Assembly (NCBI GenBank): GCA_040751855.1 | Contig: JBFMGA010000003.1 | Location: 142,026 to 166,025 of the forward strand | Direction: 5' to 3' | Origin: Pseudomonadota bacterium | Lineage (GTDB): Bacteria > Pseudomonadota > Gammaproteobacteria > Halothiobacillales > Halothiobacillaceae | DNA length: 24,000 bases | Part shown: positions 14,810-23,064 of the stretch, piece by piece | Layout: each line of letters starts with the position of its first letter | How positions within the stretch are numbered: position 1 is the stretch's first letter | The notes under the pieces: model-generated | What the model was told of the DNA's origin: nothing | Database searches by the model: none | What the model saw: only the letters and a program-made list of their open reading frames with translations | Translations under genes and position numbers: made by a program

Positions 14810-15370
14810 TCAACCCACAATATGGTGCTTGCCTACGAGTTGAACCGAACTGGCCTTCGGGCCTTTCTCACCCTCGACCTCATCGAAACGCACCTCGGCG
14901 CCTTGCGGCAAATCATCAAAGTCCACGTTCAGCAGACTGTTACGGTGAAAGTAAATTTCACGACCATCCGAGGTCAGAATCGTACCGGAGTCCGGGGTGA
15001 CCTCGACCACGCGACCATGCGCCGGCACTTCATGCATCTTCACCTCGCCGCGCATCTTGCCGACATAGGCTTCCAGCTGACGCTGCGCGGCGGCGAATGC
15101 GTCGCGCAAGGTGACGTAAAAATCCTCATGCGCCTGTTGGTCGTGCTTGTCGCGGCTGACCACGATCTCCTGCCCCGGCACGGTGATGTCGATGTTCACA
15201 TCGTAGAGATTGCCCTTCTGGTGGCTCTTGTGCGGGGCGGAGACTGTCACCCGCATGGAGGTGATGCGGTCAAAGTAGCGTTCCAGTTTCATAGCCTTGT
15301 CACGGATCGCCGTTTCAATGGCCTCAGATGGCGGAATGTCCCTGAAGGTAATTTGCAGTGGAACTCTCAT
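14810..15370 (-). CDS. HPF/RaiA-family ribosome-associated domain fused to a C-terminal cold-shock-like domain
   Basis: ATG 15370 is preceded by GAGGAGAAGAAG and gives 186 aa. The N-terminal half (MRVPLQITFRDIPPSEAIETAIRDKAMKLERYF...VNIDITVPGQEIVVS...DFYVTLRDAFAAAQRQLE) follows the YfiA/HPF pattern. The C-terminal 65 aa (GRVVEVTPDSGTILTSDGREIYFHRNSLL..DFDDLPQGAEVRFDEVEGEKGPKASSVQLV) follow the CspA-type CSD pattern. Confidence 0.8.
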   Translation of the reverse strand: MRVPLQITFRDIPPSEAIETAIRDKAMKLERYFDRITSMRVTVSAPHKSHQKGNLYDVNIDITVPGQEIVVSRDKHDQQAHEDFYVTLRDAFAAAQRQLEAYVGKMRGEVKMHEVPAHGRVVEVTPDSGTILTSDGREIYFHRNSLLNVDFDDLPQGAEVRFDEVEGEKGPKASSVQLVGKHHIVG

Positions 15371-15620
15371 CTTCTTCTCCTCGTCATGCCCGAACGCCGG
15401 GCGAAACTTGTGTGAACGCCTTGTGACATTGATAGCACCAGACTCCCTGAAAGCCAAGCGCTCTCGATCTTGCGCTCGCAGGGGCTGGCAAGCCGGATAG
15501 GAAAATGCCTTTCATTCACGCATAATCGGAGAAGCCGCCCATGCCGTGATGGCAAATAACTTGCTTAATCCGGCCGGGAATGCCCACCAATTTTCAAGCT
15601 GAATCTGGAGTGTTTGCCGC

Positions 15621-18287
15621 ATGACCACGCATTATCAGGACATGGATCCGCAGGAATCACAAGAATGGCTGGACGCTCTGGCTGCGGTCATCGAGTTTGA
15701 AGGCACGGAAAAAGCCCAGCACCTGATCGCCTCGCTGATCGAAGCGGCGCGCAAGCATGGCATCGACACGCCTTACAGCGCCAACACGCCCTACATCAAC
15801 ACCATTCCCAAAGAAGATCAACCAACCTACCCCGGCGACCTGCATTTAGAGCAGCGCCTGCGCGCCCTGATCCGCTGGAATGCGATGGCGATGGTAGTCA
15901 AGGCCAACAAGGCGCATGACGGAATCGGCGGCCATATCGGCAGTTATGCATCGTCATCCACCATGTACGAAGTCGGCTACAACCACTTTTTCAAAGGCCC
16001 GGATCACCCGGAAGGCGCGGATCTGGTGTTTTTCCAGGGGCATGTCGCTCCCGGGATGTATGCCCGCGCCTTCCTCGAAGGTCGCCTGGATGAGGAGCAT
16101 CTGCTGAATTTCCGCCAGGAGGTCGATGGCAAGGGCATTTCCTCCTATCCGCACCCATGGACGATGCGTGACTTCTGGCAATTCCCCACCGTTTCCATGG
16201 GCTTGGGGCCGTTGATGGCGATCTATCAGGCGCGCTTCATGAAATACATGGATGCGCGCGGACTCGCCCCCGCCAACAGCCGCAAGGTCTGGGCCTTCCT
16301 CGGCGACGGCGAAATGGACGAACCCGAATCCATGGGCGCAATCGGCTTGGCGGTGCGCGAAAAGCTCGACAACCTGGTGTTTGTCATCAACTGCAACCTG
16401 CAACGTCTGGACGGCCCTGTGCGCGGCAACGGCAAGGTGATTCAAGAGCTGGAATCCCACTTCCGCGGCGTGGGCTGGAACGTGTACAAGGTCATCTGGG
16501 GCTCCGACTGGGACGACCTGCTAGCTCGCGACACCTCGGGCAAACTTATCCAGCTGATGATGGAAACCGTAGACGGCGAATATCAGGCTTTCCGGGGCAA
16601 GGACGGGGCGCATGTGCGCACCAACTTCTTCGGCAAATACCCGGAAACCCTGAAACTGGTCGAAGACCTGACCGATGACGAAATTTTCAACCTGACCCGT
16701 GGCGGCCACAGCCCGCGCAAACTCTATGCCGCTTACAAGCGTGCCGTAGAAAGCGTGGACAAGCCGACCGTGATCCTGGCCAAGACGGTGAAGGGCTATG
16801 GCATGGGGCCGTATGGCGAGGCCTCCATGGCCGTGCATTCGCAGAAAAAACTGGATCTGGACGGACTCAAGTACTTCCGCGACCGCTTCAGCGTGCCCAT
16901 TTCCGACGAGCAGCTGGAAAAGAAAATCCCCTTCTACCGCCCAAGCGCGGACAGCGAAGTGATGCAGTACATGCAGGCGCGTCGTCAGGCTCTGGGCGGC
17001 TATCTGCCCAGTCGCCGCGACCATGCCGCCGCGCTGCCGATTCCGCCGCTTTCCGCGTTTGAAACCCTGCTGCAATCCACCGGCGACCGCGAAATGTCCA
17101 CCACCATGGTGTTCGGACGCCTGCTCGCCCTGCTGCTGCGCGACAAGACCCTGGGCAAGCGCGTGGTGCCGATCATCCCCGACGAAGCGCGCACCTTCGG
17201 CCTGGAAGGCCTCTTCCGTCAGGTCGGCATTTACGATCCGGCGGGGCAGCTATATGAGCCGATCGATGCTGACCAGGTGATGTGGTACAAGCAGGCGCAC
17301 AACGGTCAGGTGCTGCAGGAAGGCATCAACGAGGCCGGTTCGATGGCGAGCTGGATCGCCGCCGCCACCGCCTATGCGAACCACAACGTCGCCATGCTGC
17401 CGTTTTACATCTATTACTCCATGTTCGGCTACCAGCGCATCGGCGACTTGGTGTGGGCGGCGGGCGACATTCAGGCGCGCGGCTTCATCATCGGCGCCAC
17501 CGCCGGGCGCACCACGCTGGCAGGCGAGGGCTTGCAACACCAGGACGGCCACAACCTGCTGGCCTTCGGCCAGGTGCCCAACTGCATCAGCTACGACCCG
17601 ACCTTCGCCTATGAATTCGCCGTGATCGTACATGACGGCCTCAAGCGCATGTTTGAAGCGCATGAGCATGTGTTCTATTACGTCACCGCCATGAACGAAA
17701 ACTACGCGCACCCGGCCATGCCGCAGGACAGCGAGAGCGGCATCCTCAAGGGCTTGTACCGCTACGCGCAAGGCAGCGACAAGCACAAGATGCGCGCGCA
17801 GCTCATGGGCTCCGGCACTATTTTGCGCGAAGTCATCGCCGCCGCCGCCCTGCTGGAAGGCGAATGGGGCGTCAGCGTGGATATCTGGTCGGCCACCAGC
17901 TTCAACCTGTTGCACCGCGAAGGCGTGGACTGCGAACGCTGGAACACCCGTCATCCGGAAGCCGAATCGCGCACGCCCTATGTCACGCAAGCCCTGTCGG
18001 GCAGCGCAGGCCCGATCATCGCCGCCACCGACTATGTGCGCGCCGTTCCCGAGCAGATTCGCGCCTACTTGCCCGGCAAGCGCTATGTCACCCTGGGCAC
18101 CGATGGCTTTGGCCGCTCAGATACGCGCCAAGCCCTGCGCCGCTTCTTCGAGGTCGATCGCTGGAACGTCGTGGTCGCCACGCTCAAGGCGCTGGCCGAC
18201 GACGGCGCGCTCCCTGCGAGCACGGTCGCCAAGGCCATCGAGCAATACGGGCTGGATACGGAAAAACCCAACCCGATGAGCGTTTAA
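15621..18287 (+). CDS. aceE: Pyruvate dehydrogenase E1 component (homodimeric type)
   Basis: 888 aa. The N-terminus DMDPQESQEWLDALAAVIEFEGTEKAQHLIASLIEAARKHG parallels E. coli AceE. It has the ThDP motif GDGEMDEPES...NCNLQRLDG. A GGAG Shine-Dalgarno is present, and E2 and E3 genes follow. Confidence 0.95.
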   Translation: MTTHYQDMDPQESQEWLDALAAVIEFEGTEKAQHLIASLIEAARKHGIDTPYSANTPYINTIPKEDQPTYPGDLHLEQRLRALIRWNAMAMVVKANKAHDGIGGHIGSYASSSTMYEVGYNHFFKGPDHPEGADLVFFQGHVAPGMYARAFLEGRLDEEHLLNFRQEVDGKGISSYPHPWTMRDFWQFPTVSMGLGPLMAIYQARFMKYMDARGLAPANSRKVWAFLGDGEMDEPESMGAIGLAVREKLDNLVFVINCNLQRLDGPVRGNGKVIQELESHFRGVGWNVYKVIWGSDWDDLLARDTSGKLIQLMMETVDGEYQAFRGKDGAHVRTNFFGKYPETLKLVEDLTDDEIFNLTRGGHSPRKLYAAYKRAVESVDKPTVILAKTVKGYGMGPYGEASMAVHSQKKLDLDGLKYFRDRFSVPISDEQLEKKIPFYRPSADSEVMQYMQARRQALGGYLPSRRDHAAALPIPPLSAFETLLQSTGDREMSTTMVFGRLLALLLRDKTLGKRVVPIIPDEARTFGLEGLFRQVGIYDPAGQLYEPIDADQVMWYKQAHNGQVLQEGINEAGSMASWIAAATAYANHNVAMLPFYIYYSMFGYQRIGDLVWAAGDIQARGFIIGATAGRTTLAGEGLQHQDGHNLLAFGQVPNCISYDPTFAYEFAVIVHDGLKRMFEAHEHVFYYVTAMNENYAHPAMPQDSESGILKGLYRYAQGSDKHKMRAQLMGSGTILREVIAAAALLEGEWGVSVDIWSATSFNLLHREGVDCERWNTRHPEAESRTPYVTQALSGSAGPIIAATDYVRAVPEQIRAYLPGKRYVTLGTDGFGRSDTRQALRRFFEVDRWNVVVATLKALADDGALPASTVAKAIEQYGLDTEKPNPMSV

Positions 18288-18336
18288 GACCGTCGCACAC
18301 ACATATCCAACGAATGAATCCAAGAGGCAAACGCGC

Positions 18337-19656
18337 ATGGGCATGCTGAAGTTTCTCCTGCCGGACATCGGCAATCACAAGGACATCCCGGTGATTGAAA
18401 TCCTGGTGAATGAAGGCGAGCAAGTCGAGAAGGATCAATCCATTCTCACGCTTGAATCCGACAAGGCCACCATGGAAATTCCCGCACCGTCCGCCGGTGT
18501 GGTGCGCAATCTCCAGGTCAAGCTGGAGCAGAAAATCAACCAGGGCGACTGGATTTGCGATATCGAAACTACGGCTGAAGCAAGCGCGCCTGCAGTAGCC
18601 GATGAAGCCCCGGCCAGCAGGGCTCCCGCTGTCGCTGAAGCGCCCAAACCGGCTGCAGCGCCTGCGCCCGCTCTGGCGCCATCCGCCCCCCAGCCCGATG
18701 CGGCGGCGGAAAAACCGGTCAATGCTCCCAGCCTGGGCGCCAAATACCATGCCTCGCCCTCGGTGCGCGCCTACGCTCGCCAGCTGGGCGTCGAGCTGCA
18801 ACACCTCAGCGGCAGCGGCCCCAAGGGGCGCATCCAGAACGAGGATGTCGAAGCCTATGTCAAGGCCGTGATGCAGGGCGAAAAGCCCACGCCCAAAGCC
18901 CCGACAACCGTCGCGGGCAGCGGCATTCCTCCCCTGCCGGTGATCGACTTCAGCCCGTTTGGCGACACCGAGCGCATGGAGCTTTCACGCATCAAGAAAA
19001 TTTCAGGCAAACACCTCACCGCCTGCTGGCTCAACATTCCGCATGTCACCCAGTTTGACGAGGCCGACATTACCGATCTGGAAGCCTTCCGCGCCAATCT
19101 CAAGGCGCGTGCCGACAAGGCGGGCGTCAAGCTCACCCCGCTGCCGTTCGTCATGAAGGCGGTGGTGCAGGCGCTGAAGGAGTTCCCGCATTTCAACGCC
19201 TCGCTCGATGCGGATGGCGGCGCGCTGATCATCAAGAAATACTTCAACCTCGGCGTGGCGGTGGATACCCCGGGCGGCCTGGTGGTGCCCGTGGTGCGCA
19301 ATGTTGACCAGAAAGGACTGTTCGATCTGGCGCGCGAACTGGCGGAAATCAGCCAGCGCGCACGCGAAGGCAAACTCTCTCCCGCCGACATGCAGGGCGG
19401 AACCTTCAGCATCTCCAGTCTGGGCGGCATCGGCGGCACGCAGTTCACCCCGATCGTCAATGGGCCGGAAGTCGCCATTCTTGGCCTGTCCAAGGCGAAA
19501 ATGACGCCGGTGTGGGATGGCGAAGGTTTCGCGCCGCGCCTGATGATCCCCTTCTCGGTATCTTACGACCACCGCGTGATCGACGGCGCGCAGGGCGTGC
19601 GCTTTACCAGCCGCCTGAGCCAGTTGCTGGGCGATCTGCGCGAAATTCTGATCTGA
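18337..19656 (+). CDS. aceF: Dihydrolipoamide acetyltransferase E2, with a single lipoyl domain
   Basis: 439 aa. One lipoyl domain (LESDKATMEIPAP), an Ala/Pro-rich linker and a subunit-binding domain (ASPSVRAYARQLGVEL...GSGPKGRI). The catalytic domain carries SYDHRVIDGA. Confidence 0.93.
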   Translation: MGMLKFLLPDIGNHKDIPVIEILVNEGEQVEKDQSILTLESDKATMEIPAPSAGVVRNLQVKLEQKINQGDWICDIETTAEASAPAVADEAPASRAPAVAEAPKPAAAPAPALAPSAPQPDAAAEKPVNAPSLGAKYHASPSVRAYARQLGVELQHLSGSGPKGRIQNEDVEAYVKAVMQGEKPTPKAPTTVAGSGIPPLPVIDFSPFGDTERMELSRIKKISGKHLTACWLNIPHVTQFDEADITDLEAFRANLKARADKAGVKLTPLPFVMKAVVQALKEFPHFNASLDADGGALIIKKYFNLGVAVDTPGGLVVPVVRNVDQKGLFDLARELAEISQRAREGKLSPADMQGGTFSISSLGGIGGTQFTPIVNGPEVAILGLSKAKMTPVWDGEGFAPRLMIPFSVSYDHRVIDGAQGVRFTSRLSQLLGDLREILI

Positions 19657-19666
19657 GGAGCGCATC

Positions 19667-21439
19667 ATGGCGAATATTGAAACCATCCTGTTGCCCGATG
19701 TCGGCAATTTCGAACAGATTCCTGTGATTGAAATTCTCGCCCAGCCGGGCGAGAGCATCGACAAGGATCAATCGCTCATCACCCTGGAAACCGACAAGGC
19801 CACCATGGAAATCCCCGCGCCCAAGGCGGGGATCTTGGTGGAGTGGCTGGTCAAACTCGGCGACAAGGTGAGCAAGGGCGCGCCGATCGCCCGCTTCGAA
19901 CTCGCCGCCAGCGAAACGTCTGCGCCCGCCGCAGCGCCGCAACAGGCAGAGACTAGCGCGCCTGCGGCATCCCCCTCTTCCCTGCCCCCTCCCGTCAAGG
20001 AGAAGGAAGAGCTTCCCGCCGCCGATATGCAGTGCGAGGTGCTTGTCCTCGGCGCAGGCCCTGGCGGCTACACCGCCGCCTTCCGCGCCGCCGACCTGGG
20101 CAAGAACGTGGTGCTGGTGGAAAAAGAATCCGTCCTCGGCGGCGTTTGCCTGAATGTCGGCTGCATCCCCTCCAAGGCGCTGCTGCATGTCTCCCAGGTG
20201 ATGAACGAAACCCGCGAAATGGCTGAACACGGCGTAAGTTTCGCCGCGCCCACGGTCGATCTGGACAAGCTGCGCGGCTTCAAGGACAGCGTCATCCACA
20301 AGCTGACCTCCGGCCTGAAGCAAATGGCCAAAATGCGCAAGGTGCAGGTCGTCACCGGCGAAGGTCGCTTCACCTCGCCGCATACTGTGGCAGTGACAAC
20401 GGCGGACGGAACAAAAACTATCGCCTTTCAACACGCCATCATCGCCGCTGGCTCGCGCCCGGTGCATCTGCCTTTTATCCCGCATGACGACCCAAGGGTG
20501 ATCGACTCCACCGGCGCGCTGGCTCTGGCGGATATTCCCAAGCGAATGCTGGTCATCGGCGGCGGCATCATCGGTCTGGAAATGGCGCAGGTGTACGATG
20601 CCCTGGGCACGAAAATCACCATTGTCGAACTGGCGGACAGCATCATCCCCGGCGCAGACAAAGACATCGTGCAACCGCTGCTCAAGCGCATCAAAAAACG
20701 CTACGAAGCGATTTACCTGGGCGCGAAAGTCACCGCCGTACAGGCCACCGAGGCCGGTCTGGTTGTCAACTTTGAAGGCAAGGGCGCACCGGAATCCGAC
20801 ACCTTCGACAAGGTGCTGGTCGCCGTGGGGCGCATCCCCAATGGCAAGCTGATTGATGCCGACAAGGCTGGCGTCGAGGTCAACGAGCGTGGCTTTATCC
20901 CCGCCGACGCCCGCCTGCGCACCAATGTGGCGCATATCCACGCCATTGGCGACATCATCGGCCAGCCCATGCTGGCGCATAAAGCTGTGCATGAAGGCAA
21001 GGTCGCGGCGGAAGTGATCTGCGGCATGGCTTCGGCCTTCACGCCGATTTCCATTCCCGGCGTGGCCTATACCGATCCGGAAGTGGCCTGGGTCGGCAAG
21101 ACCGAAGAGCAACTCAAAGCCGAGGGCGTCGCTTATGAAAAAGGCGCCTTCCCTTGGGCGGCTTCCGGTCGCTCGCTATCCCTGGGGCGTGACGAGGGCA
21201 TCACCAAGGCTCTGTTCTGCGCCGAAACCCATCGTCTGCTCGGCGCGGGCATCGTCGGCCCGAATGCTGGCGAACTGATCGCCGAAGCCACCTTGGCGCT
21301 GGAAATGGGCGCGGACATGACCGACATCGGCCTGACCATCCACCCGCATCCCACCCTGTCGGAAACCTTGGGGCTGGCGGCGGAAATGGCCGAAGGCACG
21401 ATTACCGACCTGCTGCCGCCGAAAAAGCGCGCCGGATAA
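19667..21439 (+). CDS. lpdA: Dihydrolipoyl dehydrogenase E3 with an N-terminal lipoyl domain
   Basis: 590 aa. An N-terminal lipoyl domain (LETDKATMEIPAP) and an Ala/Pro linker come first. The flavoprotein follows, with GAGPGGY (FAD), the redox disulfide CLNVGCIPSK, and the C-terminal HPHPTLSE interface motif. Confidence 0.93.
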   Translation: MANIETILLPDVGNFEQIPVIEILAQPGESIDKDQSLITLETDKATMEIPAPKAGILVEWLVKLGDKVSKGAPIARFELAASETSAPAAAPQQAETSAPAASPSSLPPPVKEKEELPAADMQCEVLVLGAGPGGYTAAFRAADLGKNVVLVEKESVLGGVCLNVGCIPSKALLHVSQVMNETREMAEHGVSFAAPTVDLDKLRGFKDSVIHKLTSGLKQMAKMRKVQVVTGEGRFTSPHTVAVTTADGTKTIAFQHAIIAAGSRPVHLPFIPHDDPRVIDSTGALALADIPKRMLVIGGGIIGLEMAQVYDALGTKITIVELADSIIPGADKDIVQPLLKRIKKRYEAIYLGAKVTAVQATEAGLVVNFEGKGAPESDTFDKVLVAVGRIPNGKLIDADKAGVEVNERGFIPADARLRTNVAHIHAIGDIIGQPMLAHKAVHEGKVAAEVICGMASAFTPISIPGVAYTDPEVAWVGKTEEQLKAEGVAYEKGAFPWAASGRSLSLGRDEGITKALFCAETHRLLGAGIVGPNAGELIAEATLALEMGADMTDIGLTIHPHPTLSETLGLAAEMAEGTITDLLPPKKRAG

Positions 21440-21465
21440 GGCAAGGCGCGAACATGCCGCTGGCG

Positions 21466-21502
21466 AAAACCTCGTCTTGGAGTCAAGACGGGGTTTTCTT
21501 TT
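21466..21502 (+). terminator. Rho-independent terminator of the aceE-aceF-lpdA operon
   Basis: aaaaCCTCGTCTTG-gagt-CAAGACGGGGtttt forms a 10-bp stem with one G-U pair, followed by ttttctttt. It begins 27 nt after the lpdA stop. Confidence 0.85.
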
Positions 21503-21505
21503 AAA

Positions 21506-21658
21506 GGGCACTTCTATAAATTCGATCAAGCCGACCGCGCTTACGACTTGGGCAAGCCAAAAACCGGCGAAAAAACGCCGCATACATGCAATGTGCGGGC
21601 ATTTTGAGCTGGTTTTTGATGCAGTAGACGCGGCTTCAGCGGATTTATAGAAGCGCCC
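21506..21658. mobile_element. MITE-like structured repeat, copy 2 (intact terminal inverted repeats)
   Basis: The 27-nt ends gggcacttctataaattcgatcaagcc (21506-21532) and ggcttcagcggatttatagaagcgccc (21632-21658) are inverted repeats matching at 23 of 27 positions. They enclose about 100 nt with no coding potential. The element is homologous to 1683-1844 and sits 3 nt after the lpdA terminator. Confidence 0.6.
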
Positions 21659-21694
21659 TAAAGTGACCCGTCATTTTCTCAATTAAGGTCTGCA

Positions 21695-22492
21695 ATGGAT
21701 TTCATCGCCCTGGGAACCTACGCCCTGCTCGGCATTTTCGCCGGGCTGATGGCAGGCATGCTCGGTATCGGCGGCGGCCTGATCATCGTCCCCATCCTGG
21801 TCTGGCTGTTCAGCATCCAGGGGCATGTTCCCGCAGATGCCATGATGCAGATTGCGGTGGGCACATCATTGGCCACCATTATTCTCACCTCCATCGGCTC
21901 CATCTGGTCGCATCACCAAAAGGGCGCCGTGGACTGGCTGATCGTCAGGAAAATACTGCTTGGCCTGCTCATCGGCTCCGTGGCGGGTTCGGTCATCGCC
22001 CACTTCATGCCCAGCGAAATTCTGAAAAAAGTGTTTGGAATCCTGCAGATCATCATTGCGCTGCAAATGGCCTTGGGTCGCCCGCCCGAGGCCAAGCGAC
22101 AACTGCCCGGCGCTGTGGGCATGACCGCCGCAGGCAGCGTCGTCGGCTCGATCAGCTCGTTGATGGGCATGGGCGGCGGCGCCGTGTCCACGCCGTATTT
22201 TGTCTGGTGCAACGTGCCCATGCGCCGGGCGATCGCTACATCGGCGGCGATCGGCCTGCCCGCAGCGCTTGCTGGCACGGCGGCTTATATTTTCACCGGC
22301 TGGAGCGTGCCCGACCTTCCCGCCATGAGCTTGGGCTATGTCTATCTTCCGGCATGGATCAGCATCGGCGTGATGAGCATTTTCTTCGCCATTATCGGCG
22401 CCAAACTGACCCATGTCCTGCCGATCGCCATTCTCAAGCGCGTGTTTGCCGTGCTTTTGCTCGTTCTCGGCATAAAAATGCTGTTTTTCTAA
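21695..22492 (+). CDS. TauE/SafE family anion (sulfite-type) exporter, DUF81 membrane protein
   Basis: 265 aa and polytopic. It has the duplicated glycine-rich motifs typical of TauE/SafE/YfcA proteins: GLMAGMLGIGGGLIIVPIL and SSLMGMGGGAVSTPYF. Confidence 0.85.
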   Translation: MDFIALGTYALLGIFAGLMAGMLGIGGGLIIVPILVWLFSIQGHVPADAMMQIAVGTSLATIILTSIGSIWSHHQKGAVDWLIVRKILLGLLIGSVAGSVIAHFMPSEILKKVFGILQIIIALQMALGRPPEAKRQLPGAVGMTAAGSVVGSISSLMGMGGGAVSTPYFVWCNVPMRRAIATSAAIGLPAALAGTAAYIFTGWSVPDLPAMSLGYVYLPAWISIGVMSIFFAIIGAKLTHVLPIAILKRVFAVLLLVLGIKMLFF

Positions 22493-22501
22493 AGCCATAC
22501 C

Positions 22502-23038
22502 ATGCGTGAAAGCATCTTTCTAATCGGCCCGATGGGCGCAGGAAAATCCACCAGCGGACGTCTTCTCGCCCGCACCTTGGGGATGAAGTTCATCGACAGC
22601 GACAAAATCATCGAGCAACGCACCGGGGCGAGCATTCCGCTGATTTTCGAGGTAGAAGGCGAAAGCGGCTTCCGCCAGCGCGAAAAGGCGGTGATCGACG
22701 AACTGACCCAGCAACATGGCATTGTGCTCGCCACCGGCGGCGGCTCGGTGCTGGCGCAGGAAAACCGTGAAGCCCTGCACAACCGCGGCATTGTGATCTA
22801 TCTTTTCGCCTCGGTGGATCATCAGATGGAACGCACCTCGCATGACCAGAATCGTCCGCTGTTGCAAACCCAGGATCGACGTGGCACCTTGGAAAAGTTG
22901 ATGCAAATCCGCGACCCGCTCTATCGGGAAACCGCCCACCTGGTGGTTGAGACCGACCGGCTGATTCCGAAGTTTGTGGTGCAACGCATCCTGCGCGGCC
23001 TGCACATCGACCTGAACCACCTTGTTACACGCGAATGA
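22502..23038 (+). CDS. aroK: Shikimate kinase
   Basis: 178 aa. A Walker A motif [13 protein letters not shown] is followed by [22 protein letters not shown] and ATGGG. aroB lies immediately downstream, the classic aroKB arrangement. Confidence 0.92.
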   Translation: MRESIFLIGPMGAGKSTSGRLLARTLGMKFIDSDKIIEQRTGASIPLIFEVEGESGFRQREKAVIDELTQQHGIVLATGGGSVLAQENREALHNRGIVIYLFASVDHQMERTSHDQNRPLLQTQDRRGTLEKLMQIRDPLYRETAHLVVETDRLIPKFVVQRILRGLHIDLNHLVTRE

Positions 23039-23064
23039 GCGCCTTACCTATCTAAAGGATCGTT

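Noticed and set aside
15586-15592. PdhR-type operator upstream of aceE (ACCAATT half-site); also a TGTGA-N6-TAGCA CRP-like site near 15421
   Set aside because: Only one half of the PdhR palindrome (ATTGGT-N3-ACCAAT) is present, and the CRP-like site has two mismatches in its right half. That is not enough support to report either.
19604-21112. 502-aa minus-strand ORF
   Set aside because: It is antisense to lpdA and has no recognisable motifs. It is a high-GC shadow ORF. The same reasoning applies to 19003-19764, 18855-19493 and 18184-18804, which lie opposite aceF.
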